Shown: piece after piece, positions 1-14,221 of the stretch
Position numbering within the stretch: the stretch's first letter is position 1
How the letters are laid out: every line of letters begins with the position of its first letter
DNA from: Basidiobolus meristosporus CBS 931.73
Lineage: Eukaryota > Fungi > Basidiobolomycota
Reading direction: 5' to 3'
DNA length: 59,573 nucleotides
Assembly: GCA_002104905.1 (NCBI GenBank)
Contig: MCFE01000549.1
Coordinates: 1 to 59,573 of the forward strand
Position numbers and translations under genes: made by a program
The notes under the pieces: model-generated
Told to the model about the DNA's origin: nothing
The model's database searches: none
Seen by the model: the letters and a program-made list of their open reading frames with translations, nothing else

Positions 1-2815
1 ATTATCTGTCAGTGGGATCTGCACTCTATCTGCAATGGAAGATGTGAAGGCTCTATAGACAAGTTGCCCTCCTCTGCAAGCTCATCTATCTCACTGGAGA
101 GTAGCTAAACTGGATGCACATCCAACTCAAGTAAAATTAGATGTTATCTTGCTGGTAATTCTTCTTGGCTATTACAGAATTCAGCCTGTGGTGGGCTGAC
201 AGCATTAATTGGTAATAACTGCAACTTTTTTCTTATGCTTCCTGGCCTCTGGCTTGGGTAGATGTTTTCCCCTTTACCTTTAATTTTATCACTGCCATGT
301 CTTTGACTGCTACTTTGACCATGTGCTTCTTGTATTGTACTACATTTCCTCCTTGACAGATACTTCACTGATGCATAGGCATTGGTCTGCTTGTCCCTAA
401 CTGGCACTCTCCTGGCAACCTGTTGTATCTTTGCTGCTTGTTTGAGCTTTTAGCCCTGCTTGGGACAGGCTGTAGAAAGCGATGCAGCTTTGTATCACTG
501 CCAAGCACTTCACTAATACCTTGACTGAGTGCTTGTTATATTGAACTATACTTCTTTCCTTGATAAACAGCACACTGAAGCTTCTGTTTCTGCCTGTTAG
601 TTTCTTAGCGGCACTCTTTGGGCTACCACATCACTTTGACACTTGTTTCAAGCTTTCAGCCCTGCTGTGACAAGCTTTTGAGGAATGCCACTGGCTTTTA
701 GCCATGGCACCATTGTTCTTCTTCCTTTGATAGTGTCTGCTATTTCTGAGATACTTCATTGCATATCAATGCTGGCCCAAAATTCATTTGCTAGCTTGAA
801 TTCAAGATAATGCCCCTGGTATGCTGTCCTTAAGGTGAGGCCATGCTAGACTTCTTACAGACTCTTAAAAAATGATGCACATTTCATGATTGCACTCATT
901 GACTTTATGGATCTTGCATGTCTTTTGATTTTCAGGCTGGGGTATAAAGATCACAGTCTCTCCCTCACATGCTGTGATAGGCATTACTTGGGCTTTATCT
1001 TTGGGCACTGTTGTGGTGCTTTAAAGACTGTATGGTATTCCTCTGATATTAAATTGGGAAGTGACTCAGTTCTGGAATGTGACATGGAGCTACTTGAGTT
1101 CCTTCTTTGCAGCCTAAATACAGCTCTCTCTACCTAAGATATTGATTGGTCTACATTTGATACCTGCGCATGCTGTCTCCAGAGTATTTCCTGATTTCTC
1201 TGGGCCATTGCTACTATCTTATTAGCCACTGCACCTGATTGACTCATCAATGCTTTGGTATAAGCTGACAGCATATTTGCTTATACTAGTAGTGGTAATG
1301 TTATGAGGGTCATTTGCTGGTCTTCCACTGGAGGTACTGCATTTGCTATATTCTCATATGCCTGAGCATCATAGTCAGCTTACTGCTCCACAGAGATTAT
1401 CATTTACCTCCTTGACTGAGAGCCTGCAAAGTCCACATTAATATTCTCAGTAGGAACACTGAAACATAGCTGTTTGCCCCAGGGATAAGTCTACTTGATT
1501 CAACACTGTCAGGGAGGGAAAAGCAACCATGTGGCAACTGTAACAATTCTCTCAGTCATGAAGCATGCATATGACATAAGAAATACTACAAGGAGCATGG
1601 CCGGTGCTTTGCCACACAAGCCATATTTGACCATTAATCAGTCACTACTGCATCAGTAATGTCTTGCTAGTGCCTTGATACTTCTATAATGACACCCAGC
1701 CATACATGTTACTTTGTGCAAGCAGAGTCAAGTGAGATTGAGATGCCTTATGGCTCACCTTTGCCTTCTGTATATGACACATACAGCAATAGCTCTGAAG
1801 AAGAAGGCTCCTTTATGGATTGCAAGCCTATATTCCCTGACAAGAGTACCCCACACAAGCCTGGCAAAATCCATATATTCAATAAGACAGTATCCATAGA
1901 AAGATGTCAAGGATACTTTGTGAAGCCAAGTGAGCCCAGTAGCTCATTTACCAGTGAATGATGCAATGTTGTGGCCAGACAGATGGTATACTTCCACCAA
2001 CATCAGTAATGGAGGCTCTGAGGATTTACTGCCAATTCTTACCAAAGTCATTGCAAGATCCTGCTTACCCTGTACTTAGTACAAGCAAAAACCATCATGC
2101 AGCTGGCAACATATGACCCAGAGACTGTCCTGATAACAACATGTGTTAACAGTTGCATGGTATTCATATTACAAGATGTTATCATGGCAAGGTGTCCAAC
2201 TTGTCAGGATTTCACCTCTTGAGGAAGAAAGCATTGTTCACACCCTGGATATATCTCAGTTATACCCCATCAACAGAAGCTCATGCAGTCCAACAAATAT
2301 TGTGACATCATAAAGTATGACATTCAGTATTAGTCAAGCACCAGCATTTTCAATATTTTCAATGGCAGACACTACAAAGAACTATGAAGTAGGGGCTACT
2401 TGGAGGGTATCTATGCCCATGCCTTTGACTTGGCACTTAATGGATTCTCACTTAACAAGTATGCTGCCAGCATATCATGCTGGCCACTAGTTGTCATCAT
2501 CCTGAATTGGCAGACAATCCTATGGTATCATCACTGAAGTCTGACGGTAGTCTCATTGATATCTGGGCCATCATTACAGACCTACCTGGATAGCTAACTA
2601 TATCCATTGCTGGATGAACTTGGTATGCTGTCCAGCAGGATACTATTAGATGACCATCATGTCAAAGTACACAATATTATCTAGATTGGATATACCCCAG
2701 CTATCAACAAGTGAGTCAGCTTTTCTGGGCACCATGAATGGTATTGCTGTCAAATATGTGAGATCCAGGGGGTATACTCCATAGCTCACACACATTATTA
2801 TTATTCAAACAAAAT
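1..2815 (+). mobile_element. EnSpm/CMC-like copy E0, truncated at both ends: ORF2 remnant on minus (1-~1450), transposase N-terminal half on plus (~1500-2815)
   Basis: Homologous by eye to E2 in the opposite orientation; ORFs 144-407(-) and 1689-1961(+) match ORF2 and transposase N-terminal segments of other copies. Confidence 0.75.
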
Positions 2816-4185
2816 TAAGAACATCTTGTGCAGTTGTGGTAAGTTAAACATAAATACTTGTTCAGGAAGGTCCCAAAAGAATGGATGCTGTTGAATCCAA
2901 GAGAAAAGTGTAATATAGCTCTTAGATGGCTTGACTGAACCAAAGGGACAATTAAGTGCAGAATCTCAGAATTGCCAGTAGGTGGTGGAAATTTTGCACA
3001 GAGGTTTTAGACTAATATTGATATTGTATATAGCTGGGTTTAGCTAGAAAGGCAACAGAGTTGGTTTGCTATACAGGCTAGGCTTGGAGTTCTTAAGAGT
3101 GCTAAATATGCTAGGCTTGGGTGGAAATTAGAATGGAATTGCTGAATTCTTCTTTTTTGCTGGGACACAATCTTAATATTGTTGAGGCACACACTGAACC
3201 AGAAGGTACAGTGAGCTTTATATATACTTTGCCAATCCAGTTGAGTCAGTAAGCATCAAGAGACTGGATTAAATGAAATGAATATGGGTGTTGATAGTTG
3301 CAGAAGTTAAATGAAAATTGCATCATCAATCAGTTAGTGTCTTGGCAACTCCTAAGTGGTTGGATAGATTTCAGATGACTAATCACCTGGATAGGCTTAG
3401 CAGATCATGTTGAGGATGTAATGACCATCTAAAAACTGATGAGGAGTAACAGCTAAAAATAGACTCAGAGAAGTGATAAAATAAGCCATAACAAGGATTA
3501 GTCATGTTTGGGTTAGGAAAATTAATTTGAGTACTTGATTTTATAACTTGGTAAAATTGGCTAAGTTTTGAAATTTTGATGCACAACAGGTGTAAGGCTT
3601 AGGGCTATTTGGACAACTCTGAAAAGTTGCAAGTTTTGTGTACCTGATGTTTTAGTGAAAACATTTGGCTAAAATACAAGTAGCAACTTGACCATAAATC
3701 TCTAAGACATGTAAGCAATATCTGAGTGACCCAGTGAGAAATACATATGATGATCCCATCTAAAGGCTGCCACATAACCCTTATGAAAAATAACTTGGTC
3801 CTGCAGGTGGATCAAATCCAGATCAGCTGTCAGGATCCTGTTTGGAGACCATCAAAATACCAGCAGCTTAGAATTAGTGACCCTCTTAACAAATCTATGA
3901 TGGAATCACAACAGCTTTGAGCTAATTTTACTGCTTAACAATGTTATAAAACTTGATGGGGTTTGATTGGTGCTGAAGCAGTAATTGCATGGCATTGTTG
4001 CAGTCTTGATGTGCTCTACAGCTACTTTAAATGGATCTAACTGGCCAGTGCATCCAATTGCCTTATGTGGCAAAAAGCTTGCCAGTGTTTTGTTGGCCTC
4101 ATTACAAGTCTTTGATGGCACTATTATGGCAGTATGGCGGTGTGGTGGTGTACAGGTCCAAGGGAGAGATATGTCCAACACAGTA

Positions 4186-4920
4186 TCAAACTGTACTGCT
4201 TCTGAGTAGCTGACTAAGCTCTGAGCATTCTTGTCTGGCATGCTGAGTCAAGTCACACCAGACGCAGTGTCTGGGCAAAGGTCTTTGGCCCTCAGTAGCA
4301 ACCTCAGCTGAGCCATTAATCTTGAGGGCTAGCTTTTGTAGCTGTGCAGCAAGTTGGTCAATTCTGTCAGTAGTGTAGGTCTGATTGTTGGCAACAGCAC
4401 TCCTTGGCTCCTTGGTTGACTGGTCTGGCAGATTAGATGTCAGGAGTCTCACAAAGGTGGAAGTTTGCCTAGCCTCTAGGAGAACACATTTCATCCCTGC
4501 AAAGCAAGGAATGCCAGACTTGTCATCCTTGGCTGCATGTAAGTCAACTTTCCTTGCCAAGTCCTGGGGAAGCCCTTGTGCAAGGTAAAGTGTCATGGTA
4601 AACTCAGTTATAGCCTGGAACTCTAGGAGTGACTTGGCCATATCTTGATACTCCTGAATGAACTCTTCAAGTGGTAGCTTGGAAAGTCCAGTCCTTCCAA
4701 AGTGTCTGAGGTCTTCAATTCCATAGTATATCTGGGGTCTACCATACTTAGTCTGTTGGTAGGTCTTCATTAAGGCCCAGTCAGTGAGAATGTCTCCTTG
4801 TCTGAGAAGCTTAGTGGTAATATCATTGGTGCAGTAGTAGGGGAAGTCTTCAGCTATTTCTTGTTCAGATAGGCTGCACATCTTGCAGAGCTTCTCCCAC
4901 TTGAATATGAAGCTTTCCAC
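4186..4920 (-). pseudogene. gag: Gag remnant with CX2CX4HX4C zinc knuckle (CVWCDLTQHARQEC)
   Basis: Similar to the N-terminal half of the 54904-56760 ORF; truncated just after the knuckle. Confidence 0.8.
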
Positions 4921-5116
4921 ATTCTTTCCATCAAACTGTGGGGTCCATGTGAGAGTGGTAATGGCATAGAATTTATTTTGGGCAGGTAGTTTGGTGTTGT
5001 AATCTTGATAATATTGGTAGTCTCTTTTTAATAAGTGGATAACAGCTCAAATCTTCAGGTAAATCTTGTTGGGTCCTAGGGAGCTTGTATGAACCCCCCA
5101 TGTTGGGTGCCAAATG

Positions 5117-6519
5117 TGTGGTGGTGTATAGGTCCAAGGGAGAGATATGTCCAACACTTCTCAAGTGTTTTGTGTGTGGGATGTTCACTGGGTGCAATAA
5201 CCTCTGGCAAAAGCTTGCTAGGAATACTTGGGTTCTGTCTCTAATCTAATGTCAAGGGGAGTAAAGCCACAAGCTTGTCAAGGGCAAACTATTGAGCTAC
5301 AATCCCCAACTTAGTTAGTATCTTAACAGAAGTATGTGCCAGGTTCAGCATCCTTTGAGAAGACAACGTACTAGAGCTTCCAAAGTCAAAACAACTGTAA
5401 ACTCCACCAGCAGGGACTTGATAAGAATGCAGCTGTAGTCAATAGTTACAAAGACAGAAAAGTATCTTTGCCGGTACAAGAACCAACTTGGGAAAGAATC
5501 AAAATAATTAAAGATACCTACTCTGAGTATTCCTCACAAGTAGTGCTTCCAAGGTCAGTTGGCGGTCAGCATGATTTCCTGGGAGTGTCCTGTGGTCCAG
5601 GGTTGGAAGTTCAGGTAGCAGCAGGTAGCAGTGATCACACTAATCAACAAGTTGGTATATTGATAAAAGGGATGATGATTTATTGTTGAGGCATAGCCTC
5701 CGTTATATACTTTTCTCACTGGCTCAGTGATTACTAAGCATGGTATTCCAGAAGGTTCCGGATTTCAGTAGAAATCTTAATGACATCAGAATGACCTAAG
5801 AATGCTCTAAGTAGGTGCTGGAAGATTTTTAGAGGCACAGCACATCCAACCAATCAGGAATCAGTATTCTGAGACCTGTGTAGCATAGAAATACCAAATA
5901 TGGTATAGAAATGGTAGGGATGGTGACACAGGTTGTGTTGTAAGGGTCTTGGAGATATTGGAAGTGATTGGGAGAACAAGTTGATTATGTGGTTTTCACT
6001 TAATGATTTATTGAATGTAAAAGTAGTATTTATACTTTTACCTGGTCTTGGCATTACAAACACGTAGAATAGGTTAAGGAAGGACCCAAGAACATGTGTG
6101 CAAAGTTTGGGGCTGTTTGGACAACTTATCTAATTTTCATGTTCTGGGTAAATATTCTAAGTAAATCCTGACAAGGAATTTGGTCAGTATTCTCTAGGAT
6201 TTGAAGGTGATGATCTAAGTGACTAAGTTAGGTGAATATTTAGGTGGAAATACAAATTTTTTACAACAGGTTGATCATGTGTCACAGGTACTGGCATGGG
6301 TACTGGCCTAATATAGAAGCACTTATAGCTAGTAATCTTACATAAAGTGAGGGGTAACTTATGCAATAAGGTAAGCAGGTGTGATAGTCAACCAGCTTAT
6401 GGGAGAGTACTGATTGGGTAAGACAAATGGGATAAAAATAAGTGTAGTAGAGGTATAGGGAAGTAGAAAATAAGGGAATGAGCACATCTGTCAGTGGGTG
6501 TCACTTTCACCCCACTACA
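5117..6519 (-). repeat. 5' LTR (~1065 bp net) containing a nested Copia solo LTR
   Basis: Ends CACCACCACA directly before the PBS; homologous to 15356-16024(+) and 17067-17434(-). Confidence 0.85.
5936..6268 (-). mobile_element. Copia solo LTR (333 bp)
   Basis: Matches LTRs 24486-24833 and 33229-33791; 5-bp TSD GGTTG at 5931-5935 and 6269-6273. Confidence 0.9.
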
Positions 6520-8899
6520 GCGGCCTAGAGCTAGTTTTGTATAATGCTACTGTACCAATTTACTAAATAGTATTTCCTTTTCTACCTTCCCTTGTGCAAT
6601 TCATATATTCCACTGTAAAGTCACCCCTCTTTATTTATGCACCCAAAACCACCTTGGGTATTTCACATATAGTTTGAATCCAAAAAAACTATGGCCTTCA
6701 GCTTATTAGCCTCTACAAATATGCACACCTGCCACAATTGACATATTTCTATCACCCTAACTTTACGGCTTTTTAGTGTGATACTTGCAAAGTTGCCACA
6801 CACCTTATACTGCTGGTAACATACACATCTTGTAAATATATGCTTGGTTGCAGCCTGTTCTGCCATGAATACCTCCTGAATATCTGCAAAGAGCTTTTTG
6901 GTATTTAGCCAATATATTCCTTCTCCCTGCTGGATTGGGTGAATTCCATATTGAATGGTGCAGAAGTTGGCTTGTGACCAAGGAAAACCTGGCATACTTT
7001 GGTAGAGCTTTCCTAACAAAAATTAGTAGCTTGTTGCACCCATCCCATCTTTGCATTACTTAACTGATTACCCATGCATTAGGGCTGCTTAGCTTCCTAA
7101 CTCCATAGGCATAGGTGTCTCCATGTGCACAACTGTTGTTGGTATTTTCCAACTCTTCCTGGCTGTCCTACATGTAACAACTCATCACATCCATTAGAGA
7201 CTTGAAGGTAATATTTGTGATGAGATTGGGATATGGTAGTACCAGCAACTTGACTTATCTCCATATCTCCATACACATTGGCTCCACAGGAAGCTCCCAA
7301 AAGCTGAAGCAAGGCCCAATATTCTCCACACACCAAGCAAGATAGAATAGAGAATGTATACAGTAGTGTCAGAGTTCTATGCATTCAGCTCTATGTTTGT
7401 AGTATAGCCACTCAAATCCCATTACTAACTCCTTGCACAACAGCTGTACATGTATCAAGTTGGCATTGGTGATCCTCTGCTGGACAAATATCCCTACAAT
7501 GTCCACATATGACTCCTGATGTTTCAATGTACTCTTGGTAGGAATGGCTTCAGAATGCCACATAAGTAAATACATATCTAGTTCATCCAGTCATGCATAT
7601 TTAGTGTTGCATATGTGTATGAATATTGATTAGAGCCCATGAGAAGTACTTAGGGTAGCAGAGACTCTGTAATATCTTGCCAATTCTTTTGAATTTCTCC
7701 AGTATCTCAAAGGGCTTATTTAGCCTGAAATGCCCCATGTACAACATGGTCGTCAGTATTGGGATATTGTTGAGAAGCAAATGCATTGCTCCCAGTGGAA
7801 AGCTTTTGCTCCAACAGATACCCTCTATTGTAAGTATCTCTGGTTTCAACTAAGTATAGCTTGCCAACTTTGCAGCAATTGCATGCTGACTTCTGTACAT
7901 TCTCTCTGCAGCAAGATGATGTTCTTAGTGCTGGTGTTTGGATAATAATAATGTGTGTGAGTTACGGAGTAAATCCCCTGGATCTCACACATTTGAAAGC
8001 AATACCATCCATTGTGCCCAGAAAAGCCAGTTATCTTACTGATGGCTGGGTATCTCCAATGCAGATAATAATATGAGCTTTGACATGATGGCTGTTTACT
8101 GTTAACCCACTAGAAAGCATACCAAAATCATTCAGCAATGGATAAAGGTAGCTATCCAGGTTGGACAGTGATTTAGGCCCAGATACCAGTGGGACTACCA
8201 TCAGATTTTTGCTCTGATACAGCAAGATAGGCAGCATGTTCAGGTTGATGAGAATCAGTGACCAGCAGGATTTGCTGGTAGAGTACATGTTTGATGAGAA
8301 TCCATCAAGTGCTAAAGCAAAGGCATGGTCATAAATACCTTCAAAGTAGCCCTTGCTTTATAGCTGTTTGTAATGTTTGTCATCAAATATATAAGATATG
8401 GTTGCACTTGATTGATATTGAGTGTGGTACTTTATAGCTTTGCAATATTTGTTGGACAGCATGAGCTTCTTTGGATGGGGTATTACTGAAATATATCTGG
8501 AATGTGAGCAATGTTTTCCCTCAATGGTGGTGGATTTCTGACAATTTGGACATGTTGCAATGGTGACATCTTTGGATGTGAGTGCCATGCAACTGCTAAC
8601 ACATTCTGCAATCAGAACAGTCTCTGGGTCATATGTTGCCAGCCACATGATGGTTATCCACTTATGCCATGTATATGCTAAGTTGCATCCCGGAATGATT
8701 TTGGCAAGAAGTAGTAGTAATTCTTCAAAGCCCCCACCACTGATCCCTATGGAAAATCATCTGGTCCCACAGGTGGATCCAATCTGGATCAGCCATCAGG
8801 ATCCTGTTGAGAGACTGTCATAATACCAGCAGCTTGGAATTAGTGACCCTCCTAACAATCTTATGACAGGATGATGCCGGTGTTTTGCTAATTTTACAA

Positions 8900-11862
8900 C
8901 CAAATAAAGGGATAAAACTTGACAATATTTTATTGGTGCTGTGACAATATTTACATGGTATTGTTGTGGTCTTTTAGTGCTCTATAACTATTTTAAGTGG
9001 ATCCAGTTGGCCAGGACATCCAATTGCCTTATATGGGAAGAAACTTGATGGTATTTTGACGGCCTCACAGCAAGACTCCAATGGTATTATACTGGCAGTA
9101 TGACAGCCTACTGCTGACTCTGTATAATGCTACCATATCAATTTACCAATTGGTATTTTCTTTTTCCACCTCCCCTTGTGAAATTCACATATTCCACTGT
9201 AGAATCACCCCTCTTTATTTGTTTACCCACTACTATCTTGGGTATTTCACATATAGTTTGAGTCAAAAAAAAACTATGGCCTCCTGCTTACCAACCTCTA
9301 CAAACTTGCCCACCTGCTGCAATTGACATACTTCTATCACCTCAACTTTACAGCTTTTCAGTGTGATACTTGCAAAATTGCCTTATACCTTGTACTGCTG
9401 GTAACATATACATCTTGCAATCATATGCTTGGTTGTTGCCACTTCTGCCTTGAATACCTGCTGAATATCTGCAAAGAACTTCTTGGTATTTAGCTAATAT
9501 ATTCCTTCTCCCCGCTGAGTTCTAGTCCCCCTTATGGGGGCACTCCAGCACTTGTTTGGGTGAATTCCATATTGAATTGTGTAGAAGTTGGCTTGTAACC
9601 CTAAGAAATCTGGCATACCTTGGTAGAGTTTTCCTAATAAAAATTAGTTGCTTGTTGCACCCAACCCAACTTTGCATTACTTAACTGATTATCCATGCAT
9701 TGAGGCTGCTTAGCTTCTTAATGCCATAGGTATTGGTGTCTCCATGTGATCATTTGTCCCATGTATTTTCCAACTCTTTCTAGCTGTCCTCCATGTGCAA
9801 CTCATCACATCCATGACGGACTTGAAGGTAGTATTTTTGATGCAATTGGGATATGGCAGTACCTGCAACTTGACTCATCATCCTATCTTCATACACATCT
9901 GCTCCATTGGAAGCTCCCAAAAGGTGAAGCAAGGTGCAGTATTCTCCACACACTGTGCAAGATGGGGTAGAGAATGGATACAGTAGTGGCAGAGATATAC
10001 ACATTCAGCTTTATGTTTGCAGCATAGCTGCTCAAATCCTGTCACAAACTCCTCTCACAACAGCTGTAGATGTATCAAGTTGGCATTGACAATCTGCTTC
10101 TGGATAAATATGCCTACAATGCCCACATATGACTCCTAGTGCTTCCAATGTACTCTTGGTAGGAATGGCTTCAGAATGCCACTATATTAATTCATATCCA
10201 GTTCCTCCAGTCTTTGCATTTATATTGTTGCAAATGCATATGAATATTAATTGGAGCCTGTGAGATGTACCTATGATAGCAGATACTCTGTAATATCTTG
10301 CCAATTCTTTCAAACTTCTCTGGTATCTCAAAGGGCTCATTTAGATATGAAATGCCCCATGTACAACTTGATCATTGCTATGGGGATATTGTTGAAAAGC
10401 AAAAGCACTGCTCCCAGTGGAAAGCTTTTGCTCCAACAGATACCCTCTATCTTAAATATCTCTGGTTTCCAATTAATTCCATACTTTGGCCAATGGCTTA
10501 TAGTTTACCAACCTTGCTACAATTGCATGCTGACTTCTGTATTTTCTCTCTGTGGAAAGCTGATGTTCTTAGTGCTGGTGTTTGGGTAATAATAATGTGT
10601 GTGAGTTATGGAGTAAAGCCCCTGGATCTCACACATCTGACAGCAATACCATTCATTGTGCCTGGAAAGACCTGCAATCTTGCAGATAGCTGGGGTATCT
10701 CCAATGCAGATAAAAATATGCGCTTTGATATGATGGCCATTTACTGTTAACCCTCTGGAAAGCATACAAAACTCATCCAGCAATGGATACAGGTAGCTAT
10801 CCAGGTTGGACAGTGATTTAGGCCCAGATACCAGTGAGGCTATCACCAGATTATTGCTCTGATACTGTAAGATGAGCAGCAGATACAGGTAGATGAGGAT
10901 CAGTGGCCAGCTGGATTTGCTGGTAGAGTACTTGTTTAATGAGAATCCATCAAGTGCTCAAGCAAAGACATGGGCATACATACCTTCAAAGTAGCCCTTA
11001 CTTCTTAACTGTTTGTAATGTTTGCATCAAATATATTGGATATGTTTGTGCTTGATTGATACTGAGTGCAGTACTGTGTAGCTTAGAAATATATGCCGGA
11101 CTGCATCAGCTTCCTCAGACAGGGTATGACTGGAATATATCTGCAGTGTGAACAATGCTTTCCCTCAATGGTGATGGATTCCTGACAATTTGGACACATT
11201 GCAATGGTAGCATATTTGGATGTGAATGCCATGCAACTGTTAGCACATGCTGGAATTGGGACAGTCTCTGGATCATATGTTGCCAGCCGCATGAGGGTTG
11301 TCCACTTGTATCATGTACATGGTATGTTGCATTCCAGTATGCTTTTGGCAAGAAGGAATAATAAATCCTCAAAGCCCCCATTACCGATATTAATGGAAAT
11401 GTGCCACTTTTCTAGCAGCAACATTACATCATTTGCCAGTAGATGGATTACTGGGCTCACTTGGTTCCATAAAGTATTGTTGGCATTTGTTTCAGCAGGT
11501 GATGTCTCATTACATATAGGGACTTGACCAGGCTCATATGTGCAACTGTTGTTAGGGGAGATGGGCTCAAAATGCATCAGTGGACCTTCTTTGTCAGAGC
11601 TATCACTCTGTGTGCCATATTCAGAAGGCTGAGGTGAGCCTAAAGTTGTCACAAACTCACCTGACTCAGTTTGCATAATGTGACAAAGACAGCCAGGTGC
11701 TGATATAGAAGTATCAACTGACCGGCAATATAATGCTGGCACAGTAGTGACCAATGAATGATCAAATATGACTTGGGTAGCAAAAACACTAACTGTGATC
11801 CTTGTAATACTTCCTATGCTGTCAGTGTGCTTCATGGCTGAGAGGCTTGTCACAATAGCCAC
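8900..11862 (-). pseudogene. EnSpm-type (Tnp2/Transposase_21-like) DDE transposase with stops and frameshifts; 3' boundary approximate
   Basis: Motifs LDGFSLNK, GPKSLSNLDSYLYPLLDE, GDTPA, CCQMC and HSLLHL...WELPME in fragments 9780-11862. Confidence 0.8.
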
Positions 11863-12135
11863 ATGGTCTTTTTTCTCTTCTCTTGCAGTATTGAGTCAAA
11901 GTAGTCTTGTCAATGGGGCAAACATTTGACCTTCAACAACATAACACTATTATATCACTTTTTGGTCAATACTCATGTGAATTTTAGACAGTCTTGTATT
12001 TGAGACATTGCAGCTACATGAATGTAAAATTCAATGATGACCCACCATAGTAAGCACTATAAATAAAGTTATAGCACCACATATACATGTATATGTAATA
12101 CTATTTCCCCTCTGGCTTGACTCACTTCCAAATAT

Positions 12136-14221
12136 ATGTTGCCAAAAAATAAAGCAAAGTTGTCTGGCTCTCAACCAAACCCCACCACTGATGACAACAG
12201 AAGAATGGTTGGACAACAGCTTGCTTTGACATTCAGTGCAACAAATGGGGCTACATCCAAGAAAGGCCCTGTGAACAGTATGCCCATTGAAGGTAATAAT
12301 GCAGACTCCTCAGGCTCTCAGTCAAGTAACCAGTGGAGAACCTCTGCGGAGCTACAAGTTGACCGTTATGCTCAGGCAGATGAGAATGTAGCAAGCGCAG
12401 TACTCTCAGTTGAAGATCATCAAGTGGCCACAATAACATCACCACCACTCATATTACCAAGAATGTTGTCAGCTCATACCAAAGCATTAATGAAGCAATT
12501 AGGTGCTGTGGCTGATAGGATAGATGCAATGGCCCAGAGAAATCAGGAAATAGTCTAGAAACAGGATGAGTGGAGAATACATGTAGAGCAATCAATATCC
12601 CAGGTAGCAAAAGCAGTATCTTTGCTGTAAAGAGGGATCTCAAATAGTCCAATGCAACAGTCAAGAATTGAGCCATTTCCTGATGTAACAGCAGAGGAAC
12701 ACTGTACAGTCTTCGAAGCACAACAACAGTGCACAAAGATAAAGCCCAAAGAAAAGCCTATCACAGCATGGGAGGGAGATAATGAGTTGTTTATACCAAA
12801 GCCTGAAAATCAAAAGACATTGAAGATCTGTGAAGCTGTTGAGTGCAATAATGAAGAGCAGGCTAATATACAAAAGGCCGTCAGAAGTCTAGCATCCCAT
12901 CACCTTAAGGCTGGCATACCATGGGACCATCAGAAACTCAAGGCCATGCAGTATGCACTTGACTTGTTCCATGAGCAATATCCTGGATTCAAACAGGCTA
13001 ACAGATTTTGAGCCAGTATTGGTATGCTAAGAAAATATCTTATGAATAGCAGAAACTATTAAAGGCAGAAGAACAAGGGTGCTGTGGCTAAAAACCAGTG
13101 GCTTCCTCAGGAGCCCATTACAAGCAGGGCCAAAAGCCCCAGACAAGCATCAGAGAGATGTCAGGTAGCTGAAAGCATGCCAATTAGGGACAAGTAGGCA
13201 AACTCAGATGCACCAGCACAACATTTATCAAGGAAAAGGCAGAGTGCCACTCAAGAAGCACCCAGTCAAAGCAGCAGTGAAGGACCTGGCAGCAATAAAA
13301 ACTAGCTGCCTTTACAGGAGCCTGCCATAACTGCAGTTGAGAGCTCAGAACAGACAGAAAAGAAACATCAGGCAGCCAGAAGAGTGCCAGCAAGGGACAA
13401 GCAGGCCAAAACAGATGCATCAGAGCAGAATTCATCTAGGAGAAAACCTAGTTCTTTACAAGAAGCACTCAGACAAAGTAGCAGTGAAAGACCTGGCAGC
13501 AATAAAGGAAAAGGTCAAGGGAAAAATGTCTAATCAAGCCTGAGACAGGGAGGCATGTAAAAAAACTGCAGTTCTTGCCAATTAGCGCCGCAAGCCAGTA
13601 ACAGACTGAATCCCATCATAGCCAAGAAGAATTACCAACAAGAAAATAGCTGTTTTCACAAGAGTTGGAAGCGCAGTCAGTGGAGCTACACTCCAGCAAG
13701 GTAGTGGAGTTTGCTGAAAAAGTCAATTTGTCTACCACAGCCTCCACATCCTCCATTGTTGACAGAATGGAGACCTCACTGACAGACAAGGCTACAATGT
13801 CAAGAGCTTGAAGGACTATCACAATGCCTTCAGTGGAGTTTTGGAACATTAATAGGCACACCAAGAGGTTGCAGCACTTTTTCAAGAGCAGTGCTCAAGA
13901 AAATGCACTGGAATATTGCAAGGATTTATTGCAAAGACTAGCAGATGAGGTGCTAGACCTTGCAGTGCCGGCTGAAGACCAGGACATGTGAAACCAGTGA
14001 ATAAACAGTGGCATAATGCTGTTGGGTTCCCACCAAAGTTGTGGAACCTGACCGTTACAGCAGAAATACTTCTTGAGTGGTGGATTTTAATGGAGTTAGT
14101 TGTTGAGTGTGGGGTAGGGCTTCATGTTAGTGTAGGGTATAGGGACTTATTTAGGTCAATACAATTGGCAATTGAGGTACAACTGAAGTTTCAATGGAAA
14201 TATATCATTTTGTATGCATGA
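12136..14221 (+). pseudogene. EnSpm companion ORF2, unknown protein (~690 codons reconstructed)
   Basis: Fragments 12136-12558, 12652-13011, 13337-13543 and 13988-14221 are colinear with fragments in E0, E3, E4 and E5. Confidence 0.7.

Larger units (their letters stand above)
4141..6519 (-). mobile_element. Gypsy-like LTR element, CpG-target family, long-LTR subfamily; internally deleted (3' LTR reduced to ~41 bp)
   Basis: TG...CA ends; 4-bp TSD GCGG at 4137-4140 and 6520-6523; PBS 5096-5112; gag ORF. Confidence 0.9.
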
